From: Candidatus Latescibacterota bacterium
GTDB taxonomy: Bacteria; Latescibacterota; UBA2968; UBA8231
Direction: 5' to 3'
NCBI GenBank assembly: GCA_965243025.1
Contig: CBDETY010000003.1
Coordinates: 3,040,001-3,104,000, forward strand
Length of the DNA: 64,000 nt
Shown: piece by piece, positions 32,641-40,811 of the stretch
How the letters are laid out: the number at the start of each line of letters is the position of its first letter
Numbering within the stretch: the stretch's first letter is position 1
The notes under the pieces: model-generated
The model's database searches: none
Seen by the model: only the letters and a program-made list of their open reading frames with translations
What the model was told of the DNA's origin: nothing
Position numbers and translations under genes: made by a program

Positions 32641-32729
32641 GTATAACATTATGCCGGTTTGCGAACCCGCGAAGCGGGTTCCGGAGGCCAAGGCGCGAAT
32701 GCGCCGCAGCGCAAAACGTGCTGATATAT
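32641..32729 (-). repeat. attC-like site (GAT core)
   Basis: AAC-7nt-CGGTTTGCG-three hairpins-CGCAAAACG-4nt-GATATAT. Confidence 0.88.
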
Positions 32730-32765
32730 GACGTTGGATCCAATGATTCAAACGGAAAACAATGT

Positions 32766-33362
32766 TTAAGGAACGCAAAACCACCATTGAGGGGACGAAG
32801 CAACAATTTCTGCCATCTTGGAATAGCCAATACTTCTCGGATGAGACCCGTCATTTTCGGAGACCTCCCGCGTATAAGCCTCATCCCAACAGAGGGCAGA
32901 AAAGAGATCGATGTACGGAACATTGAGCGATTGAGCCTCTATGGTGAAGGCACGCGAGAGTTCCTCAACTCTGTCATTTTGTTCGTCATCGAGTACGGGC
33001 GGAGGCCCCACCACCAACACATTATACCTTTTGGCTTCTTTCAGCATTGATCTGACGTTTGTGCAGGAATCCTCTGGCTCTACACGCACCCTTCCATTCT
33101 CTATTGCCGTATCGTTTACGCCACATGAGATAACCACCCTACCATCGCAGAAATCAGGCAGCCGTAAGACGCATTCGCTCTCCCAACGAAGTAGGATGTC
33201 GCTGCTCGTGTCTCGACGAATTCCAAGGTTGTAGTAGGTGACGGGCGTACCACTGGTGCTTGCTCTGGCACACAATCGCCCTGCCCAGCCAAGGGCATCC
33301 TCATCACCGGTACCATTGACGAACGAGTCACCAATAAAGCAAATCCTGATATCCTGGGTCAC
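32766..33362 (-). CDS. SGNH/GDSL hydrolase (first cassette)
   Basis: IGDSF, NLGIRRD, GVND, DGSHP blocks. Confidence 0.92.
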   Translation of the reverse strand: MTQDIRICFIGDSFVNGTGDEDALGWAGRLCARASTSGTPVTYYNLGIRRDTSSDILLRWESECVLRLPDFCDGRVVISCGVNDTAIENGRVRVEPEDSCTNVRSMLKEAKRYNVLVVGPPPVLDDEQNDRVEELSRAFTIEAQSLNVPYIDLFSALCWDEAYTREVSENDGSHPRSIGYSKMAEIVASSPQWWFCVP

Positions 33363-33405
33363 GCGTGTTCAATCCCCTAAAGTCCAATGTCATATATCTG
33401 ATTAC

Positions 33406-33426
33406 ACCCGAACATTTGGTTAGGGT
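33406..33426 (-). other. attI-like recombination simple site at array head
   Basis: Minus strand ACCCTAAC-CAAAT-GTTCGGGT: 8-bp inverted arms and a 5-bp spacer, like attI1 CCCTAAA-ACAAA-GTT. Confidence 0.5.
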
Positions 33427-34210
33427 AATGCACCACAGGGTGTTATTTATCTGAAACGATAGTACGTTCCGGGGTGAACCCTCGCAACTTTTCCCCGCTC
33501 GGGGATTTTCCCTAACCCGTTGCGATTGAGACACATAGCCCGTTCTCCGATCCCTGATGGGGACTGACACGGTTTCTCTTACGGCAGGGGCTAACCCGTG
33601 CCTTTGAAGCCGTCATGGGTGTTCGGAGCATCATCTTGACCAGCCCGACGACGAGGGCGCAAGCTTGGACCGGGTCGAATCCGAGTTTTCCTTGGGGAGG
33701 GGGACGCCAAGAAAGCGCCGAAGTCCTACATGGGCTACTGCCAGAGATTCCTTCTGTGGAAACGGCTCCTCGACCGGGGAGTGAACGGCTCCGCCTTCAA
33801 CAGCGCAGCGTTCTAAGCTTCTCTACGGAGAGTCTGAAAACAGCCCGTCCCCTTGGAGGGACTGCGCATGCATTCGCTTCCAGTTCTTGCCGTCCCTGAT
33901 CTTAGAGGGGAGTCTCCGAGGAGGATTACCCGGCATTTGAGCAGGCGGTGGTCGAAGAGTGCCTCGCGGGATTCCGGCGCGGAGGAGGAGTTTCTCGGCG
34001 ATTTCACCGAAACCTGAGAACCTACCGAATCGATGGGAACACCCTGCCGGTCACCACCCTGGCAAACGGCGAGGTCGGCACCAATAAACTGATTGCCCCA
34101 TCATTCGTCCACGGCCATCGCCCGAACCACTTGGAGTATCCTGAAGGCGGCGCATTTTATGCCGGAATAAAACAGGCATCAAGAAGGCAAGGCCATCAGA
34201 TGATGAAGTG

Positions 34211-34233
34211 AAATGTCCCAATTTGGGACATTT
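34211..34233. promoter_or_regulatory. Perfect 23-bp palindrome (operator/UAS-like)
   Basis: AAATGTCCCAA-T-TTGGGACATTT; related GTCCAA-TT-TTGGAC at ~34628-34641. Confidence 0.55.
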
Positions 34234-35260
34234 CCTGATTACAGCCCTGGGGGATCAGGATAGTCCCGATGGGCGCATTCCGTTCTCGATCCGAGGGGTT
34301 TTCTGATCCACGGGGCAGGTTCCCAAGGAGAGTTTGACCTGCTTCCGTTTCCGGAAAACCTGTGCAGCTTCACCTGAGATCCGGCAAAACGCCCGATCCA
34401 AAAGGAACCCTCAGATCGCTCGTTTCAATGACCCCCCTGCCCAAAACCCAGCTAGAAGAAATCCTCCTCGCGATGCTCTTGCCGTCGAGAAGCCCTCACT
34501 CCGTCGTATCTTTGAAGGTAGCATTTCAGGAATTCGGCTTGGTTGCGGGATTACCTCCGCGTCCTCGTAGTTCCGCTTGGGGAGCCTGCCGTGGGGGATC
34601 CTGAATGCTCGGCGGCGGGGATTGGATGTCCAATTTTGGACGTATCATGTAGCGGCTTCACTACCTCATCAGATCCCGCACCTTCCTCGGGAGGACCGAC
34701 CAGAGCGCCTTTCCCGTAAAGGCGCCGCACCGAGATAAACGGGAAAAGACTGAAGGCGTGCGGGATTACCTCCGCCGGGAACCGTTGCAGAAGCGAATGT
34801 CTTTCTGGCAAGCAGCCGGCACCTCCACGCGTAGTTCCGGAATCATTGTCACCGAGCCGGCATCCCGGATTTCCCGGCTAAACAGGAAGGACCTGGATGT
34901 CCTTCCCTCGGTTTTCTCTTCTCTATTTATATGGTTATACCAGATTTCCATTTCCGCAAAATCGCGCTTCGGATCAGGCATCTACCGTCGCAATGTGCAG
35001 GGGACTTGAGCCGACCTTCAATACCGTCCGTTTCCCACGTGGGAAAAACCCTTCTGCTGTGAGACCCTGCATCATCCATCGATAGGCGGTGCTCCTGGTG
35101 ATGCCGAGAACGGATTTCCAATGAACTCTCCTCCCCCGGGCGCTTCCCGACACCGCGACGGTCGCATTGTTGTCGCCCGCGACAGTTCCGACGCGGTCCG
35201 CACGATCAACCGACAGATAGGACCATTGGCAATCTTGCCCGGGCAACTAACCCCGATGCA

Positions 35261-36082
35261 ATGCCGGCGACCAAGGTGACCGACACGGTAGCCGTCTACG
35301 ACCTCGACGCCCGCTCCTTCCACTCTATCCTCGTGCACCGTCTCGACTACCGGCCACAACCCGCACCGGCCGTCGGCAACGTGGTCGTCTTCTCGGAACC
35401 GGCCTACGCCCCTTGTCGAGCTGAGAAGCTCCAGCTCGCCACCCCCGCCTACTACCGCGATCACGAAGGTCTTGAGCCCGGAATCCGCGACCATCACGAC
35501 GGCACCCTCACCCGGGACGGTACGCGGTGGGCAAGCTCGATCATGGGTGGGACCGTGAGCGCCCGCCTTTCGTTTGCCTCCTCAAGCGAACCCTGGGTCT
35601 ACTGCGCCTCCCATTACCGCACCGACAGGGAGCTTCGCCGTCTGCGGAGCGAATTCGGTGGCAAGTACGGCTATTCGTCGGCTACCTGGATAGAGGATGC
35701 CGATGCCTTCGCCGCATGGCTCGGCGTCGACTTCGCTCTGGGCCTCGACAAGACCGCCGATGTCTCGCTCGGTCCCATTGACGAGATCGGCTACGCACGC
35801 AGCAGCTACACGACGGATTTGTGGGATGGATCCCGTCCCGTCGACACCTTCGTTCACGTCTACCACGGTCAGGTCAACTACCAGGACGTGTCTGGCCGCC
35901 TCGACAGGCAGGAACAATGGTTCCACCCGAACGCCGGTCCCATGGCATGGTTTACCAAGAAGAATTCGTTCAGGAACCAGAGCGAGTACCGCTTCGCGGT
36001 CACGACGCCTGGCACTCCGGTGCAGCCGAAACACTACGTCGCCGTGTCGCCGGAATTGAGCGCCCTGACCTCCGCCCTGTGA
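35261..36082 (+). CDS. Hypothetical protein
   Basis: 273-aa ORF with coding-like GC bias; C-terminal FTKKNSFRNQSEYRF motif; true start uncertain. Confidence 0.7.
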   Translation: MPATKVTDTVAVYDLDARSFHSILVHRLDYRPQPAPAVGNVVVFSEPAYAPCRAEKLQLATPAYYRDHEGLEPGIRDHHDGTLTRDGTRWASSIMGGTVSARLSFASSSEPWVYCASHYRTDRELRRLRSEFGGKYGYSSATWIEDADAFAAWLGVDFALGLDKTADVSLGPIDEIGYARSSYTTDLWDGSRPVDTFVHVYHGQVNYQDVSGRLDRQEQWFHPNAGPMAWFTKKNSFRNQSEYRFAVTTPGTPVQPKHYVAVSPELSALTSAL

Positions 36083-36289
36083 TTTTCCCCTGGAAGCAGT
36101 GCCCCCCTCGGGGGATCAGGCACCGGAGGTCTCGACCCGCGTCCCGTTGCTCCCGACCCCCAGTGCCAATCTGGCACGCCTCCGGTCTCAGAACAGTCTG
36201 TTGTCGTCATGCCAAGTGCATTGATAAACAAGGAGTTAGAGCCCCGATGTTGAGGTCATATTCACCGAGATCGGGGTAGACGCCCTCTC

Positions 36290-36351
36290 CAGATTGCCTG
36301 GTCTTCTGCGCCAGATCCTGTGAACTTGCCAGCCAGCCGACATCCCGATTT
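36290..36351 (+). repeat. Dispersed ~60-bp repeat, copy 2
   Basis: Matches 22792-22854. Confidence 0.6.
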
Positions 36352-36433
36352 GCGACAAAACTGTAGGGAAACCACACTCTATTCATCTTGCTGACTTTTC
36401 ATAACATTCGATGTAATTCCCTTTGCAATCGGG

Positions 36434-36679
36434 GTGCAGGGTTTCGACTCTGGAAGTACGGCCATGGGGGGAGGAGGGGGGGAGCTGGACTTGGCGGAGT
36501 GGATCCCGGAAGCCATGAAATACTCTGACTATGGAGTTTTCTTCGACATCAGGGAATTTCGGGCGGACTACTTTCTCGACGGGATGCTGCTGCCCGCCAA
36601 CGCGGTCGAAACGGGGGAAAGCAGCGCTGTCGAGTCGGTTTCCTGGGGGCGGATCAAGGCCTCCCTGGAGATGGAGTAG
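36434..36679 (+). pseudogene. C-terminal remnant of a secreted protein with AVE..SWGRIK tail
   Basis: Ends SSAVESVSWGRIKASLEME; no signal peptide or convincing start. Confidence 0.55.
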
Positions 36680-36803
36680 CCGGCGTACTGGGCGTACCTC
36701 ACCATTCCCGTCGAGTCTCGACGGGCTCATCTTTTTAGAGCGTGGTTACCGTACCGGCTCCCTCCCCCGGGTCACGACGCACCGCCGCAGATCGTGGACA
36801 CGC

Positions 36804-38110
36804 ATGAAACCGAAACCGTATGTCAGCGTCACCCTCGAAGGCCCGGACGACGGCGGCGACTTCGGCCGCAACACCCCGGGCACGAGAACGGGCGGCATCC
36901 AGGAAGCCCTCGACTACGCCCACGCCCACTCGCGGGACGTCTGGATCTGGGGCGGCCGCGGCGGCGTCCACGACGGCGTGGGATCGTCCCACAACATCTA
37001 CACCCTCGAGGAGACCCTGCGCGTCCCCTGGAGCCAGGACTTCCGCCTCGACGGGGGAAACTACCTGCTGTCCTACACCGGGGAGAGCGGGCACGCCATC
37101 CATTTCGACAGCCAGATGAACTGCCGCTACAAGTTCGGCCTCGTCAGCTCCGGCTCCCCCGACGCGGTGGTGGCGATCCGGCCGGAGAACCCCGGCCCCG
37201 ACGACTTCACCTGCGTCACCGCGTCGGTCTTCGACTTCGCCTGCGCCGTCTCCAGCCACCCCGAGGGGACCGGCATCCTCCTCGACTCGTCGCACGGCCC
37301 CGTCGTCAACAGCAAGCTCTTCGCCGAGGAGACGAACACGCGCGGCACCGGCCTGCACCTCAGCGACGGCAACGGCAGGGGCCACAACCTCGGCAACAAC
37401 ACCATCGAGATCCTCTACGGAAACCAGTACCACGCGACCGGGGACTGCGCCGGCCTGCGCTTCGGCGACCCGGAGTCGGACAAGATCCGGCACAACAGGC
37501 TCGCCCTCTCCTTCCACGCGCCGCGGGCGGCGCACTTCGACGAGGAGACGCGGCGCTACGTCACCGTGGAGGACTTCGTCGCGGACAATGCTTTCGGAGC
37601 GGTGATCAGCGCCCAGCGAAACCTGTTGACCCTGTCCTGCTTCGGCCCCCGCCGGCCCGGGTGCGACGTCGTCTTCGAGAAGGGGGCGCGGGACAACACC
37701 GTCGTGGCCCTCAGCCTGCCCAACGGGGTCACCAACAGGGCGGAGGTGCCATCGAACCGGATCCTCTGCAACTGGCCGGCCGGGTTCTCGGTGGAGACGC
37801 CGGAGGTTCCGCCCTCGGGAGTTCCGGTTGTCAACAGGAGTTCGCTATCGGTGCAGGTCCTCATCGTCGATCCGGGAGAGGTGCGCTCCTGGACGATCGC
37901 CGACTGCGGCAGCACGGCCCCGCTGGCTCCCTTCAACCTGAGCCTGGCGGACAGCCACGGGCCGCGGCCGGCGGAGCCGGGGCCGGAGCGGGAGGCGGGG
38001 TCACAGACGATTAGGGGTCGGCTGTACGCGGGCAGGTGATTCTGCTGGAGCCTGGGGACGCGGTCTCGTTCGTTTACGACGCGCCCCCGGTGTGGAGGTG
38101 GAAGGGGTGA
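36804..38110 (+). CDS. Hypothetical protein, possibly beta-helix (pectin-lyase-like); frameshift near 38031
   Basis: TGGIQEALDYA N-terminal motif; after YAG the shifted frame reads QVILLEPGDAVSFVYDAPPVWRWKG*. Confidence 0.65.
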
Positions 38111-38239
38111 GCAGGGCGGTTTTCCAGTCCGGCCTGCTTGGGGGGCGCGGTTTCTTACCTGTTGATCTTTCTCAGCCGTCAGGTATTCAAGGGGGCCGCG
38201 ACATGCCCTCCGGTCATGCCAAGTGCCGTAGGAATACCG

Positions 38240-39166
38240 ATGGCGGAATTCGACACCGTTTCCAAATACCTGGTTCAGACCTATCCCGGCGACATCGCCC
38301 GCTTCACCCTCGAACGGGAGGACGTCGAAGTTCTCGAGCTGCTCGAAACCGAACAGACCACCCTCGACGCGCGCCGTCCCGACAGCCTGCTGCGCGTGCG
38401 CCTGGGCGGCGAGGAAGTTGTGGTCCATACGGAATTTCAAACCACCGGCAGCACCCGCCCGCCCATGCCTCAGCGCATGGCCGGCTATATCTGGCGCATC
38501 ATCGAGCAGTACGGCCTTCCGGTCCGCTCCAGCGTCGTCTACCTGCGCCCGCAGGCCGGCCGCAACGATCCGGGATACTATCTGCGGGCGCGTCCCGGCC
38601 ACCGGGTCTTCTTCGAGTACAGGGTGATCCGGCTGAGCCAGATGGAGGGGCAACCGATTCTGGAGGCCGGTCCTGCGGGGCTGATTCCGTTCGCGCCTCT
38701 GATGGCACACCCGGCGGAGGTGGCCGCGGATGCGTGGCTGCATCAGTGCGTGCAGGCGGTCCATGCGCTGCCGATGGACCGGTCCGCCCGAAGCGACCTG
38801 CTCTCCGGCCTGTCCATTATCAGCGGCCTGGTTTACGGGTCCGAGACCATTTCTGACATTATCTCCAGTGAGGGCATCATGGACATCATGCGCGAATCAT
38901 CCTTCGGCCGACTCCTCGCCCGGGAATGGAAAAAGGAAGGCCTCGAGGAAGGCAGGGAGGAAGGCAGGGAGCAAGGCCTCGAGCAAGGGCTTCGGGAAAG
39001 CATCCGCGACGTGCTGGAAATCCGCTTTGCCTTGGGCGCGCCCCACCCTCTGGCCGACCGCCTCGAGGCCATCGGCGACCGGCACCGCCTCAAGCAATTG
39101 CTCCGGGCCGCGATCCAGGTGGACAGCCTGGAGGAATTCCGGCACCTCGCAGAGGCCGGGCAATAG
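38240..39166 (+). CDS. Rpn-family recombination-promoting nuclease / PD-(D/E)XK putative transposase
   Basis: RPDSLL...HTEFQT, RMAGY, C-terminal EGLEEGREEGREQG repeats. Confidence 0.85.
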   Translation: MAEFDTVSKYLVQTYPGDIARFTLEREDVEVLELLETEQTTLDARRPDSLLRVRLGGEEVVVHTEFQTTGSTRPPMPQRMAGYIWRIIEQYGLPVRSSVVYLRPQAGRNDPGYYLRARPGHRVFFEYRVIRLSQMEGQPILEAGPAGLIPFAPLMAHPAEVAADAWLHQCVQAVHALPMDRSARSDLLSGLSIISGLVYGSETISDIISSEGIMDIMRESSFGRLLAREWKKEGLEEGREEGREQGLEQGLRESIRDVLEIRFALGAPHPLADRLEAIGDRHRLKQLLRAAIQVDSLEEFRHLAEAGQ

Positions 39167-39426
39167 AAAACTCCCTTCCCCAGTCTCGAAGTTTACCGAC
39201 TTGGGGAGGAATACTGCCTGAAGCAGAGTTGGGCTGGCCCGTCTGCTCCTGCCTGGTCGGTAGCCGGCACTCGCCGACGCAGGGCCGCGCTAATACACAA
39301 GGCCGCCGGGTGTCATTGCCAGGCGGCAAACCCTGCCAACTCTTCCTCGGCATTGGGGGCCAACCTCGGTTCGGCAATGCTTTTTCAAATCGATGTTCCC
39401 CGCACATCGATGATTGAAGAAGGGCT

Positions 39427-39768
39427 TCACGCGACCTGTTGCGGCGTCGCAGTCAAGGAAACATCCAGGCTCACCCGTCCGTAAGGAACCCTCGGGATCA
39501 CCGTTCCGACATCGTCTTGAGCGTCCGCGAGAGATTCGACTTGTTGCGCCCTGCGAGCTCCGCAAGCTCGGTAAGCGAATCCGGTTTCTCACGGGCGATC
39601 AGACCAAGCAGCTCGCGATTGGGCAGAGAGCACCTTCGCGAAGCTCTCGATGGACGTAAACCAGACCGTCGGCTCGCCCCTGGCGGGCTTGTGTTCCCCG
39701 CGGGCGATCGCCATCGTGCGCGCCTTCATCCGGTCGTAGCCGACAATGCCGATTCTCAGCGTCGTCAT
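39427..39768 (-). pseudogene. MarR-like HTH antitoxin remnant
   Basis: MTTLRIGI...WFTSIESFAKVLS, frameshift to NRELLGLIAREKPDSLTELAELAGRNKSNLSRTLKTM, then apparent internal deletion. Confidence 0.75.
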
Positions 39769-40100
39769 GGGATCGATCCCCTTTCTTTCAGCACCGCGTC
39801 CACTGCGTTCCAGAATCTTCCAACAATGTCGCGGCATCCTTGTAGTGGTATGGTCCGACTGTATGCAGCCGGTGCCGATGGTCCCCCCCGCGACGCCTGC
39901 GCGTTCCCGGACCCCGTCGCCCCGCACCGGGTGCGCGTTGTCGAAACCGACCAGTCCCGCGCCATCCGGGCGTGCAGCTTCAGCGAGTAGCTGAGCCCAT
40001 GCGGCCGTTCCGGAGTGACTTCGACTCGCACCACCACGAACTTCACCCAGTGTCTGCTTTGTCCACGAACAGCGTCTGACCGTGAGACCTAATCAGACCC
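39765..40100 (-). pseudogene. DUF6516-like toxin remnant
   Basis: HWVKFVV...PERPHGLSYSL.LHA/PDGA.LVGFDNAH across frameshifts. Confidence 0.7.
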
Positions 40101-40149
40101 ATTTTGTGTTCGTGGAGACTACCCCCGGATCAGGGAAAAGGGAGGCGCA

Positions 40150-40337
40150 ATGAATTACCGAGTCTTGGTGGAAGTAGATGAAGACGGCGTTTTCGTCGCC
40201 GAGGTTCCCTCCCTGCCGGTTGCGTTTCTCAGGGCGCTTCACGAGACGAAGCACTTACCAACGTCCGAGAGGCCATTTCCCTATACATTGAAAGTCTCGA
40301 GGAGCGAAGCGAGCAGGTGCCGCCGCCAATCAGTTAA
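40150..40337 (+). pseudogene. HicB-family antitoxin, frameshifted
   Basis: DEDGVFVAEVPSL then, one base shifted, GCVSQGASRDEALTNVREAISLYIESL. Confidence 0.8.
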
Positions 40338-40545
40338 TTTTGCCCGGTCCTTTTCCGGCCTCCAAAAACGATCGAAGAGCATTGTTTACAGCCTCGTCCG
40401 TGGGAAATGCTTTCGCAACGTCTGGGTGGAGTAGAACCAAATTGGTCCCTGACCGAAAAGATTCCAAATACTTACCCCGGACACCAGAACCGAGGTCTCC
40501 ACGGCGATATTCTGGACGCAGCTCGTCTGGATCAGCCTTCTTCAT
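40330..40545 (-). CDS. BrnA-like antitoxin
   Basis: DELRPEY...GVRGKY...LVLLHPDVAKAFPTDEAVNNALR; directly downstream of the BrnT remnant. Confidence 0.75.
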   Translation of the reverse strand: MKKADPDELRPEYRRGDLGSGVRGKYLESFRSGTNLVLLHPDVAKAFPTDEAVNNALRSFLEAGKGPGKIN

Positions 40546-40811
40546 AAATTCTCCTTTCCTGACGCGTCATTAAACGCGCACTGATTATCCTCGTTATTCC
40601 GGCTCGTTGGGTATGCGATATGACTGATTCAATCTCGACAGGCCAAAAGTAAGGTAACGTTCTTCATCCAATGAAAACGTCCCGCCCTGGCTGCAGCGGG
40701 AACTGCGCGAGCTGACCCAGCAGCTCGGGTTGCTCGAGGGGGTTTGAAGGAGAGGGGGCCACTGTTTTTGGGGACCCGCTGGCAATAACCTTCTCCGATC
40801 CCGACCACTCA
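40533..40811. pseudogene. BrnT toxin remnant split by a micro-inversion
   Basis: Plus strand ~40750-40811 ATVFWDPLAITFSDPDHS; minus strand from 40674 down SLDEERYLTFGLSRLN...IISAR. Confidence 0.75.

Larger units (their letters stand above)
22929..33426 (-). mobile_element. Gene-cassette array with 11 cassettes and non-canonical attC-like sites; no integrase in window (CALIN-like)
   Basis: Co-oriented small lower-GC genes, each followed by a 68-96 bp structured AAC/ATC...GTT/GAT site; cassette ends are mutually complementary. Confidence 0.88.

Noticed and set aside
22929-32729. Repeats as CRISPR, tRNA-like RNAs or terminators
   Set aside because: They are separated by whole genes, diverge in sequence, lack tRNA motifs and U-tracts, and the pairing of each cassette's two ends points to recombination sites.
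33430-35260. Decayed integron integrase
   Set aside because: No recognisable R-H-R-H-Y recombinase motifs in the frames inspected; an HMM search is needed to exclude it fully.
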